Shown in pieces: positions 19,395-28,839 of a DNA stretch of 62,076 nucleotides. The DNA is from a virus (taxonomy: Duplodnaviria; Caudoviricetes). Location: positions 1 through 62,076 of IMG/VR virus record IMGVR_UViG_3300028399_000007; one strand, 5' to 3'. Position numbers and translations under genes: made by a program. Every line of letters begins with the position of its first letter. Position 1 is the first letter of the stretch. The notes under the pieces are model-generated. The model searched no databases. It had not been told where the DNA came from and was given only the letters and a program-made list of their open reading frames with translations.

Positions 19395-20272
19395 TGTACC
19401 ATCCTCTTATCGTCATTTAAGTAAAGGTTTACCGCACTTTTAATATGCAGCCATGCAAGACCATTGCTAATTTCATCTAAATTCCATTGAGCGTATGCGA
19501 TCCTGTTTGCCCACTCATCCCTTTCATACATCACAGGATTTTCTATATCAGCCAAACTTTTATTGGCGATATCCCATACCATTGACCCAATATCAAAAGC
19601 AAAGACAGGTACACCGTTCAATACAGCGTCCACGCCAATGTTTGAGTTGTAACAAACAACGGCATGTGAGTTTTCAAAATCATCCTCCAAACGTCTGATA
19701 GAAGTTTTTGCACCAAGTATTGAAAAAAACTTGTTCATCGGTGCAAGGGGATGTGGTCTGAAAATAATTTCCCTGTCAGTTATTTCTTTCAATATATTAA
19801 TAACTGTCACGCACCAATTAATAATATCCACATTTTGCACGCTGGCATCAGACGGAACTTGACCGGCTACAATTATGTGGTCACCTTTGTCCCTCCACTC
19901 CTTCATCTCCACGTCAAGATTTTGGAACCTGTCACTAGGTACGAAAAGATTATTGAAGTTGGCCCTGCCGTTTAGCCCGTTCAGACCAACCGCATAATAC
20001 CTGTCACGCTTTATATAACCACGTTCAACGACAACGGTAACACCACCAGATGCACGCTGCCCTTGCATAACGTGTTTTCTAGGATAGCTGATCGGCACGT
20101 CTTTTTTGCCTATGCCAAAAATTACCGCTACATCACAGCATCCAGTTTTATACGTCTCTATTGGCGCAAGCATAATATCTTTTTCACCAGACGCCATCAA
20201 TCCATTGTAAAAACTATTCAATGCAGTGATGTGCATTTGATTGGTGCTAGGCACAAATACGATTATTTTCAT
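19391..20272 (-). CDS. capsule-biosynthesis-like (KpsC/KpsS-type) glycosyltransferase
   Basis: GQVPSDASV, FRPHP, NSNIGVDAVLNGVPV motifs. Confidence 0.75.
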   Translation of the reverse strand: MKIIVFVPSTNQMHITALNSFYNGLMASGEKDIMLAPIETYKTGCCDVAVIFGIGKKDVPISYPRKHVMQGQRASGGVTVVVERGYIKRDRYYAVGLNGLNGRANFNNLFVPSDRFQNLDVEMKEWRDKGDHIIVAGQVPSDASVQNVDIINWCVTVINILKEITDREIIFRPHPLAPMNKFFSILGAKTSIRRLEDDFENSHAVVCYNSNIGVDAVLNGVPVFAFDIGSMVWDIANKSLADIENPVMYERDEWANRIAYAQWNLDEISNGLAWLHIKSAVNLYLNDDKRMVQ

Positions 20273-20274
20273 CG

Positions 20275-20886
20275 CTATGCACTCCTATGTGCAAGAATGA
20301 CTAAAGTTTTACCGTCATCCGCATCTTCAAACACCGTGCCTTCATGCTTGTCATACTGTGTACATATTTTATCGACGTAGTACCCGGCACTTTTAACCAA
20401 GCCTAAAAATTCTTTAGGTGTGTAATGCCTATAGTGAAATGGATGTGTCTCACCTGTAAACGGCACAACATCCTGATTAGGGACACTGCAAATCAATGTA
20501 TCTGCGAATCCCTTAAACACGTTCATCAAACTATAGTGATCTTTAACGTGTTCGATAGTTTCAAACGAAACTACCACATTAGGCAAACCACCAACATCAA
20601 GAAAACTACCTGCATCATGGCATAGCCAAGTTATGTTTTCATGATCATAATAAAACTTGCCAAACTCAATAGATGCAGAGTCTATGTCAACAGCCAACAC
20701 CTTGACCCCAGCATTAGCCATGATATTAGCGCCGTACCCTACACCACAAGCAAGATCAACAACACGCTCAACACCGAGATCGCTTAGTACCTTAGCTGCC
20801 CATTCATACCGTTTTACGTGATCATTGGCGATCTGTCCTAAATTTTTGCCAACCTGTCGCTCACCCGTATTCTGTAAATTTTCCAT
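20275..20886 (-). CDS. class I SAM-dependent methyltransferase
   Basis: HVKRY, VDLACGVGYG, SFETIEHV, SVPN. Confidence 0.88.
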   Translation of the reverse strand: MENLQNTGERQVGKNLGQIANDHVKRYEWAAKVLSDLGVERVVDLACGVGYGANIMANAGVKVLAVDIDSASIEFGKFYYDHENITWLCHDAGSFLDVGGLPNVVVSFETIEHVKDHYSLMNVFKGFADTLICSVPNQDVVPFTGETHPFHYRHYTPKEFLGLVKSAGYYVDKICTQYDKHEGTVFEDADDGKTLVILAHRSA

Positions 20887-21662
20887 TACACCGCCTCCCT
20901 GCGCATCAACCTGTTTTCAAGTTCAGGGCTACGGCCCATTTCTTTCCTGTCAGGCCCTTTTAAGTGGTCCATGTACTTACCTAAAACAGAATCGACAAAT
21001 GGATGATCTGATGAGTGGCCTTTTGCCAAGTTATTAGACGGCACATTTAGCAGTTCACGGATAAAGTCAAACACGTAACAATCATGCCATTGCCCAAGCA
21101 TGCGGAACGCGCCTGTGCTGTACGCATCCCAATACAGACGCATAAATTGTTTGTGGACTTCATAACTTCGATTAAATGCCATGAAACCGCACTCACTGAA
21201 AATCCCCGGCCTGCCTAAATAAGCCAAGTATTTCCCATCTAGCACAGTTTCAAAAAAATCATCAGGCAAGTTTGAATGGAAATACACATCAGCATCGATC
21301 CAAATTAAGTGTGGATCGTCCGTCATTTGATCAGCGGTTTTTATTGAAAATACCTTCCTGAAAAATCTGAAAGCATCGAACCTGAAATTATATATGGGGT
21401 CTTTCGCATTCTTATCCTCAAGATTGCGGACAAGACCACGAAACAACGGATCTGAGTTTTGTATCGTTTTGCAAAATTCTACAAACTCGTCATAGGAAAC
21501 AAGATTTTCATAAATTAAGCGATCATCATCAGGTCTATTAGATGGTGTGCTATTCTCATAAAATATCGTCAATTTATGATCATTGGTATGTTCTAAAAAT
21601 GTTTCTATGAATTTTTTGCCGTATAGATGATAACCTTTTTGACTAAATGACGTGACAATCAT
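20886..21662 (-). CDS. glycosyltransferase/nucleotide-sugar transferase (GT-A)
   Basis: VTSF, RF..KVF, WIDADV, ECGF, WHDCYVFD, HLKG. Confidence 0.75.
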   Translation of the reverse strand: MIVTSFSQKGYHLYGKKFIETFLEHTNDHKLTIFYENSTPSNRPDDDRLIYENLVSYDEFVEFCKTIQNSDPLFRGLVRNLEDKNAKDPIYNFRFDAFRFFRKVFSIKTADQMTDDPHLIWIDADVYFHSNLPDDFFETVLDGKYLAYLGRPGIFSECGFMAFNRSYEVHKQFMRLYWDAYSTGAFRMLGQWHDCYVFDFIRELLNVPSNNLAKGHSSDHPFVDSVLGKYMDHLKGPDRKEMGRSPELENRLMRREAV

Positions 21663-21908
21663 TTACTGATCTCCGTAAGTTTTTCTAGTTGTTTTCTTTT
21701 TTGATCGCGTGTTGCGCGTTGACGATTCATTCTCAGATAATTTGACTTCCTTTTTTTCCTGTATCTCTCCTGATCCTTGATCTGCCTCACCTCCTGTCAA
21801 ATTACAAACAAAATCAAACATGGAGTACAGGGATTTATTTTCTCTGTACTCCGATTCATCAAGGATCAACTCACGTCGTTTAATCCTATGTATTAGCTTG
21901 ACCTTCAT
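21663..21908 (-). CDS. hypothetical protein
   Basis: Coupled ORF. Confidence 0.55.
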   Translation of the reverse strand: MKVKLIHRIKRRELILDESEYRENKSLYSMFDFVCNLTGGEADQGSGEIQEKKEVKLSENESSTRNTRSKKKTTRKTYGDQ

Positions 21909-22234
21909 TGCGGATTTTTACGCGGTCTGCCACGACCACGCTTAACAGGCTGCTGTTCACTATTATCCGTTGCCGTCACGCTACCATTGGTTTCTTCCTT
22001 TTCCCCATCGGTGACGGGCGCTTCTTCTTGCCCTTGGGATGCTTCATTTGTAGTCTCCTGTTCCTGATTTGTGTTATCACTAACAAGTTCCAATTTACTG
22101 CCATCATGCAATTCACCAGTAACGATAACAAAACGATCATTGGTGATCATGCTACTACGTGCATAGTCAACAGCATTGACAGTAAGTGTTCTTTTCTTCT
22201 TTTTGTCAAAGATACGTACCACCTCAGTTTTCAT
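21905..22234 (-). CDS. hypothetical protein with AT-hook-like tail
   Basis: C-terminal KRGRGRPRK; GGAGG RBS. Confidence 0.65.
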   Translation of the reverse strand: MKTEVVRIFDKKKKRTLTVNAVDYARSSMITNDRFVIVTGELHDGSKLELVSDNTNQEQETTNEASQGQEEAPVTDGEKEETNGSVTATDNSEQQPVKRGRGRPRKNPQ

Positions 22235-22250
22235 ACCGTCCTCCAATTAT

Positions 22251-22281
22251 AAAAAAGCCCCGCCCAGTGGGTAGGCGGGGC
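22251..22281 (-). terminator. intrinsic terminator after capsid gene
   Basis: GCCCCGCC..GGCGGGGC followed by T6. Confidence 0.8.
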
Positions 22282-22295
22282 AAAAGTCCCGTGGA

Positions 22296-23444
22296 TCAAC
22301 CTGCCAGTCGCGCGGCAAGTTCGGGACGAACCAGTTTAGCACCCCACAAAATGTCAAACTCCCACGTAACCTGCTTGTACTGGCGGGAAACTTCCAGACG
22401 TAGGGTAATACCAGTCTGCGGGTCAGTCATGGACATGATACGGCTACCCAGTGCCATATCCTGTGTGGACTGGACCAGCGGACGGTTAGCAAATGCAAAC
22501 GCATCACGGTGGAACACAAGGTTTACAACATGTGTACCCTTTATCGTGATCGCCTCATTGGACACATTGGCCTTTAGAGGCGGATCAAAGGAAATCGCAA
22601 ACTGCGCACCTGACGTTATCGCCGAAACCGTCTGCTGTACCACATAGGTCTGCGTATCACCGGCAATGGTGAAAATATCACCCTTCAAGATATTGCCCTG
22701 CGCTGAGGCAGAAGAAATCTTGATACTGGACGCACCTGCCAGCGCAGCGGAAGCCACTACGGCACCCGTTGCAGACAATGATCCTGCCGTATGCGTAGGC
22801 ACAGCATCATCAGCTACCCAGTCAAGGCCGAACTTACGACCAATCTCACCTTCGATCTTGACCTGTGCTGACATAACCTTTTCAGCATCACTGAAAGGTG
22901 ACAGTGCCAGTGCATTTGCCTCAGCATCATAGTCCAGCACACCACGGCGGTTAGTACGCGGCGCACGCTGCTGGTTTAGCACCTTACGTGAATCCGTAGC
23001 ACCCGTAACCGTGGATGCAAACGGCGTCACACCTTCCGTGCCAGCAAAACCATAGACACCCTTGTACTCGTCAAGAATGTCCTCGTTAACAACATTGGCG
23101 AGCGCACGCACTGCCTCACTTACCTGCATAGGCATAAAGTGCGCATTACGGTCAATCTCCACCATTTCCTTGTCAGTCAGGTAGAAATTAGACTTTTTCC
23201 AGTTGTTAAGCTGGACCTGTACCACGCCCGGCGCACTGTTGGGCGCGGACGAATATACAGGTGCCGGGGTTACATCGGATGCCTGCTGTGCGGAAGGGAT
23301 CGGCACGTCAATCGTCTTACCTTTCTGTGCCGCTTCCGTTGAATAATCACCGTTGACCAGACGCGGCATGACAGCCTGCTCACGCAATGCAAGCAGCCCA
23401 CGCGCCAGAATCTTCGGCATGATGTTGTCGAGACTATTAGCCAT
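22296..23444 (-). CDS. major capsid protein (P22 coat-like)
   Basis: KGKTIDVPIP, NLVFHRDAFAFA, FDILWGAK..RPELAARL. Confidence 0.9.
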   Translation of the reverse strand: MANSLDNIMPKILARGLLALREQAVMPRLVNGDYSTEAAQKGKTIDVPIPSAQQASDVTPAPVYSSAPNSAPGVVQVQLNNWKKSNFYLTDKEMVEIDRNAHFMPMQVSEAVRALANVVNEDILDEYKGVYGFAGTEGVTPFASTVTGATDSRKVLNQQRAPRTNRRGVLDYDAEANALALSPFSDAEKVMSAQVKIEGEIGRKFGLDWVADDAVPTHTAGSLSATGAVVASAALAGASSIKISSASAQGNILKGDIFTIAGDTQTYVVQQTVSAITSGAQFAISFDPPLKANVSNEAITIKGTHVVNLVFHRDAFAFANRPLVQSTQDMALGSRIMSMTDPQTGITLRLEVSRQYKQVTWEFDILWGAKLVRPELAARLAG

Positions 23445-23526
23445 ATCTACATACTCCTATTCATGCTCATGTTCATGCTCATGTTCAAATTGGGGATACT
23501 CACCGAGTATGTAGGCCAATCACCGA

Positions 23527-24342
23527 TCAGCCGCCAAGGCCACTTACCTCAATCTTACCGGCTGCAATGGCCTCAATGTTTGAGTTAATGGAATCCTGAT
23601 CTTTGGCACTGACCTGCCCCGCACCTTCATTACCACCTGAGCCACCGCCAGCACCACCGCCAACATTACCCTCAAACAGATACGGGGCTTCCTGTACCAA
23701 AGCCTGCGCCCACTCACTCATGGAGATCGGCTTCTCACCATCTTTCCCATACATTGTGTTCCCTTCGGAGTCGATGGGTACGGGAGAACCGTTATCGTCC
23801 AGTGCCCACACACCCCTGCCTCTGGCAAGAATGTCCTGCATGGCACCCTTCCTTACCGTAGCAACCTGCGAAACCGCCTGCTGCAAGGAATTATCAATCA
23901 CTACTTCTTCAAGGCGCTGCCTGTAGTTCTTTGCAGAATTGTTGGCTTCCTCAAGTGACTTGGTAAGCGCCTCGATCTGACCTTGAAAATCACCGCGCAT
24001 ACGCTCGGTACGCTGGTGCAGAAGTTCATCCAGTTTGCCAGCATCGATCAGCTTTTGATCTTCAATGTTTTGAAGTTTCTCAAGCGCCTCACGTGCTTTT
24101 TCAGCGTCGATACCGTCATAGTTCTTTAGCTGTTCCTGCATTTCAGCGATTTTCTGCTGCATCTGCTCAGAATCGCTTAGCTTCTTTTTAAGCTCGATAT
24201 TGTTATTGCGGAACTCTGAAAGTTTGCTCTTAAAGTCCTTGTCGTCTGCATCCAGTACGTACTCATCACCGATTTTCGTGTAAAAGGAATGCAATGCCTC
24301 CGGCACTTCGTCTAGCGAATTAACAACGACCTTTATAGCCAT
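23527..24342 (-). CDS. capsid scaffolding protein
   Basis: Coiled coil, APYLF plus Gly-rich tail, directly upstream of capsid gene. Confidence 0.8.
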   Translation of the reverse strand: MAIKVVVNSLDEVPEALHSFYTKIGDEYVLDADDKDFKSKLSEFRNNNIELKKKLSDSEQMQQKIAEMQEQLKNYDGIDAEKAREALEKLQNIEDQKLIDAGKLDELLHQRTERMRGDFQGQIEALTKSLEEANNSAKNYRQRLEEVVIDNSLQQAVSQVATVRKGAMQDILARGRGVWALDDNGSPVPIDSEGNTMYGKDGEKPISMSEWAQALVQEAPYLFEGNVGGGAGGGSGGNEGAGQVSAKDQDSINSNIEAIAAGKIEVSGLGG

Positions 24343-24384
24343 GTTTGGATCACCTCTTTCATCTTGTTAGTTAAATATAGCACG

Positions 24385-25365
24385 TTATTGAAAACTCACA
24401 CATTCTTTCAAAAACGCTTCATCCTTGTATCTTAGACTATGCGGCAGCACTTTGCCAAGTATCTCAAAATCCTGTTCACTATACTGCTTGGCCACCTGCG
24501 CCAAGGCAACCGCGCTGGCCAACATATCAGGCCGTGTATGCCAAACTTTTAATTGCAAGTTACCTAGTAATGCTACTTCGTCTTCATCCAAATCATGCTT
24601 ATTAGCCGCCTTTTCCGATAGTGCCCTGTATAGCGTTTGCTCAGCCTGTGTCATCTCCACACGGCCATTGTCGCACATATCCACGCCGGGGCGGTTATTG
24701 GTGCCGTCCACGTAAAAAGACTGCCCTGCCCGCCAACCGCTGTCCACACCTGCCAGTGTGATAGGCAGGCACCCCATATACAAAAATGCTGATAAGGCAC
24801 GGTTGATCACGTTGTACCCACCGCCCATGCAATCAGGGTTATCAAACAAATCTTGGTACAACTTCACTTCATTTTCAACGCCACACGCTGAATGGAATAT
24901 CAACACTTCTTCATCTTTCAGGTAGTCAAATAGCTTGGGATCACTACTGGATGCAATGATGTGTTTTACACCGGGCGCTTTGTAGATTTTTTCAGGGCAA
25001 GCTATGTGCGCACCGGGATCCATGCTTACGGCATAGTCAATTTTGAACCCCTTGTCATGCAAAAACTTAATCGCCTGTTTACAGGCTACAAGCAATGCTC
25101 CGTTTTCCTGTCTCTTGCGTATAGCGTCTAAAACATCTTCATCGCCCAATGTGTTACCACTGCCGCAGATCACCGCAGCTTTGCCCTTTAGCATATCCTT
25201 CTGGATCATGCCATAACCGTGGTTTCTGTGCAGATCGCTGGCATGTTCTATATTGCGTTTATAGTTATCTACGTTAGGGTTAACGAATTTAATACGCGGC
25301 TGTTTATTAAAATTCACACTATAAGGTCTTACATGCTCAGGCAAAGCAAATTCTCTATCCTGCAT
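24385..25365 (-). CDS. Maf/MptE-like (DUF115-type) protein, possible glycosyltransferase
   Basis: AVICGSG, DYAVSMDP, YMG..ITLAGVDS motifs. Confidence 0.7.
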   Translation of the reverse strand: MQDREFALPEHVRPYSVNFNKQPRIKFVNPNVDNYKRNIEHASDLHRNHGYGMIQKDMLKGKAAVICGSGNTLGDEDVLDAIRKRQENGALLVACKQAIKFLHDKGFKIDYAVSMDPGAHIACPEKIYKAPGVKHIIASSSDPKLFDYLKDEEVLIFHSACGVENEVKLYQDLFDNPDCMGGGYNVINRALSAFLYMGCLPITLAGVDSGWRAGQSFYVDGTNNRPGVDMCDNGRVEMTQAEQTLYRALSEKAANKHDLDEDEVALLGNLQLKVWHTRPDMLASAVALAQVAKQYSEQDFEILGKVLPHSLRYKDEAFLKECVSFQ

Positions 25366-25390
25366 TTTTTAGTACCTTTGTTTTACGCAT

Positions 25391-25422
25391 AAAAAAACCG
25401 TGGCACAACAGCACCACGGTTT
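25391..25422 (-). terminator. intrinsic terminator
   Basis: AAACCGTGG..CCACGGTTT with T run. Confidence 0.75.
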
Positions 25423-25446
25423 ACCGTTACTGCAAACGCTGTAAGG

Positions 25447-25644
25447 TTACTCAAGCATTTTGTTAACCTCCTTTTCACTGAACCCAAGGCGCAAGTAGAA
25501 GTCACGCTCACTTTCTTTGCGCACATCACGCTTGGCAACCTTGCGCATAGGGCCGCTAGGATCGTTTTCAAACGCACCGGCAAGGATCGGATCACCGTCC
25601 GCATCCTTGATACGCTTGCCGTTGTATTCAGCATATTTAGCCAA
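25447..25644 (-). CDS. small protein, candidate immunity/antitoxin
   Basis: AGGAGG RBS, own promoter and terminator, directly after MuF-toxin gene. Confidence 0.6.
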   Translation of the reverse strand: MAKYAEYNGKRIKDADGDPILAGAFENDPSGPMRKVAKRDVRKESERDFYLRLGFSEKEVNKMLE

Positions 25645-25687
25645 TAGGCACCTCCTGCCCGTAAGGGCAAACTATTCTGCACCCATA

Positions 25688-25716
25688 ATTGTAATACAAA
25701 ATCTTGCAACTGTCAA
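25688..25716 (-). promoter_or_regulatory. sigma70-type promoter
   Basis: TTGACA-N17-TACAAT starting right after the MuF stop codon. Confidence 0.7.
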
Positions 25717-27597
25717 CTATCCCTTGGCGATCAACTCCGGCCCAAGTCCTTGATTATCATAAAATTCCCACCTTGAAAAAAATTGCAGTAAATCGTCAAA
25801 ATTGGCCTCATTGCGGGTATTAGCCAGTATGACTTCCAGCGGCACATACCTGTTTGTAGGCCCCATAAACCGCTTCACAGCCCGTTTGGCGGCGTCCTGC
25901 GGCGGCAGGAACATGTAGTACCCCTCTAGTTCATAGCCTGATTCTATGAACCCCTTGGCGCGTGCTATGGCCGATGAACCTGTTTTCAGGGTCATGTCAT
26001 GGACAATATTAAGCCCACGCTGCCTAGCCCGCTCAGTGATCAAGTCAAAGATATAGCTAGATTCCTCATGCACTTCAAACGCATTCCAACCTTGGTACTC
26101 AGGCAGCATCTTTTTTATCTCGTCAGTATCTAAGATTATGAACTCATCCTTGTTGATCACTTCCACACCACCATTTTTCCTAGCACGTGTAAAGGATCCT
26201 TTGCCCGATCCACCGCGCCCACCGAACATCACGTATTTTGGTTTTACGCCTTTTGGCGGTTTAGCTTTGCGCATTGATTTAGGGTTAAGGAATTTTTTGA
26301 TAATGTCCTCATGGATCTTGGTACGTTCCTCATCCCATTTACCATTCTTAAAGTAAATTTTGTTAGTTGGCTTACGTTTTTCAATGCGTGCAATTATCTC
26401 ATCCATTTTCTTTCGCACGTCATCACCAAACTCGGCAAGTATCGCTTGCTCAGTCAACCCTTTTTCTGCAAATCTGTTGTACCAGTCAGATGCGGATTTG
26501 AATTTATGCCTGCGCCTGATCTTGGCTTCAAGTTCCTCAATAGTTAGCGGCCTGTTAGTCTGATCAATCAGATCGCGGGTAGTGATTTGTTTTCTACGCC
26601 ACATCCTGTATCGCGTAGGCCCTAATATGTCTTTTTGCATAGCTGGCGTCTGCTGTCTAAGCCAGCGTTCATAAGTGAGTCTGCCACCCGGCTTACCTAG
26701 AGCCGTGGCCTTTAGCCGCTTACGTTCCCTGTCGTCAAGTTTCTTGATCTTCCTTTTTACCTGCGGATCCTTTGTTAAATCACCAAATGACTTTAACACT
26801 GGGACCAGTGTACTGCGGCAATTCCAGTGTGCAGGCGGCGGCCCCTGCCATGCTGCTGTTGTACCTTCAAGTGCTTCGCCTTCCAATGTCCAAGCCTGCC
26901 CATCTAGTGATTGGCAGATCGGCGTTGTCCTGCCATCCAGTGTGGACATCCACTGCTGCCCCTTTATCACATCGCTGTTTGCCTTGTAAGTCTCATATCT
27001 CGCTTCCTGCGCCACTGCCTGCACACTGGATCTAACTATCGCAGTGGCCTCCCTGCGTGTACTTGGCATAAATCCACGCACACGTTGCGTCATATCCTGT
27101 ATTGAGCGCCCTACTACGATCCCGTCTCGCAACGTCCGTCTTAATTGTGTCAAATATCTTTTCTTGTTGTTTATTAACCATTCCCTAGTAGGCGCACCTT
27201 GGATCAAAGTATCGTTTGCCAATGATCTTAGCACTTGGTTATTTAATCTTTTTGAAAGCAATTCAAAATGCAACGCTGAATTTGTCGTATCTATGATATT
27301 GTTAGACTCTATTATTGAAACACGTTTCAGATCGCTGATTATTTCTTTTTCAATGATCTTGTAATAACGATCAAGTGTCTCCTGTGCAATAGTCATTACA
27401 CTTGTAAGCCGTTTATTTCTAATCAGCATGGAGACAGGACTTGCAGGATCGACACTTTGTAAAATCTTCAAAATGTCGTTCCCCATACCGTTTATCAGTT
27501 TGATAATTTTCCTGCGCAAACCGGCTTCAAGGCGCATTAAATTTATATCATGCCTTGTCAAAAGATTAACAATATCATCTGTTACATTGGCGGCCAT
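25717..27597 (-). CDS. minor head protein (MuF/SPP1 gp7-like) fused to zeta-toxin-like P-loop kinase
   Basis: STLDGRTTPICQSLDG..PPAHWNCRS (MuF); GGRGGSGKGS, DTDEIK, HEESS, RYVP (zeta-like). Confidence 0.85.
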   Translation of the reverse strand: MAANVTDDIVNLLTRHDINLMRLEAGLRRKIIKLINGMGNDILKILQSVDPASPVSMLIRNKRLTSVMTIAQETLDRYYKIIEKEIISDLKRVSIIESNNIIDTTNSALHFELLSKRLNNQVLRSLANDTLIQGAPTREWLINNKKRYLTQLRRTLRDGIVVGRSIQDMTQRVRGFMPSTRREATAIVRSSVQAVAQEARYETYKANSDVIKGQQWMSTLDGRTTPICQSLDGQAWTLEGEALEGTTAAWQGPPPAHWNCRSTLVPVLKSFGDLTKDPQVKRKIKKLDDRERKRLKATALGKPGGRLTYERWLRQQTPAMQKDILGPTRYRMWRRKQITTRDLIDQTNRPLTIEELEAKIRRRHKFKSASDWYNRFAEKGLTEQAILAEFGDDVRKKMDEIIARIEKRKPTNKIYFKNGKWDEERTKIHEDIIKKFLNPKSMRKAKPPKGVKPKYVMFGGRGGSGKGSFTRARKNGGVEVINKDEFIILDTDEIKKMLPEYQGWNAFEVHEESSYIFDLITERARQRGLNIVHDMTLKTGSSAIARAKGFIESGYELEGYYMFLPPQDAAKRAVKRFMGPTNRYVPLEVILANTRNEANFDDLLQFFSRWEFYDNQGLGPELIAKG

Positions 27598-27753
27598 TTT
27601 GTCTTCTACTATCTCTATTAGTCTCTATCGTGTCCCCTTGCAACTGTGCACACACTTTAACACCGCAATCGCAGCATACTCTGCCAGTGAATCCTCACTG
27701 CTAACATCCACGGCCACGTTTTTTAGGATCGGCAACACGTCTAGCAGGCATGC

Positions 27754-28431
27754 TCAAACCTCGTTATCTATTATTGCATCAATCGCAGCTATGATAGTCG
27801 CAACATCAATATCAAGCACTTTATCAATTGTCGTATCTTTCACATAGCTTTCATTTACAAGCAATTGATTAATGGGTTTACCTGATGCAATTAATTGCAA
27901 CGTACTTGCATGCGATAACGTAGAAACTGATCCTGTATCTAATTTTACCAATGTGCTACCTGTCAAACCAAACCTACACTACTTATCGATCCTGCCACGA
28001 CAATATAAAAACCTGTTTCCTGATTGGTATATACTTACATACTACCCATCAAAGCTGCATTGCGTATATAACTGGATCAGTGTACTCAACATAGGGTAAT
28101 GACGATACTGGACTCTGTATTCAATAAACGCAGCTACATCGCCAAAATCTCCAACGCCACCGCCTATTTTACGCAGCGGAGTGACGACTAACTTAGGTGA
28201 CTTATAAAAATCGTTGCTTTCAGCTACGTGCCTGTGAACCACACCTGCTACGGTCAAATTATGCAATTGAAAAATTTGCTCACTGTCCGCTGTGTGCAGG
28301 TGCTGACCATCTAATACGTTAATAGATGCGCTGCTTGGCTGCTGTATCAGTCCATGCATTGCAATAGATATTGCAACACCTATCAACAGGCCACGTATTG
28401 CTAGTGTTAACGCTCTATTTTTAACGGGCAT
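27754..28431 (-). pseudogene. interrupted structural-type reading frame with two in-frame TAG stops
   Basis: ORFs 28042-28431 and 27754-27966 share a frame; contains HLHTADS..QLHNLTV repeat like the 506-aa protein. Confidence 0.4.
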
Positions 28432-28627
28432 TTGTGTTTACCAGTTTTCTAGCTACTAAATCAAACTGCCTTGAAATATCACGTAGTGCGCTATTTTCGT
28501 TTAGCGAAAACTCTATTAATCTTTCACCACAAGTATCAACAACAAGCATTGATACCCTGTAAAATATGACTTCCTTTCCACTAACGTTGCCTACTTCCCT
28601 TTTTACTTCCATATTGGTTATAGGCAT
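28421..28627 (-). CDS. hypothetical protein
   Basis: ORF with GGTGG upstream. Confidence 0.45.
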   Translation of the reverse strand: MPITNMEVKREVGNVSGKEVIFYRVSMLVVDTCGERLIEFSLNENSALRDISRQFDLVARKLVNTNAR

Positions 28628-28839
28628 GGCACCACCTGTACACTTGTCACCGTTACAGAAGATTCTGGATCGCCAGTTATAGATTGCATAATACTTGCAC
28701 CGGCATTAATACTGTGCCTTATGTACATCGTTAATACTGGCAATAATGATCCGCCCTCATCAATAAATAAATGAGTAGATCACAACTTGTCTATAAAGGG
28801 CGTAACCAATACCACAACACCAAAAAGACCTAATAACAC

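Noticed and set aside
23460-23487. CATGCTCATGTT tandem repeat before capsid gene
   Set aside because: Only about two copies; too short to support a function
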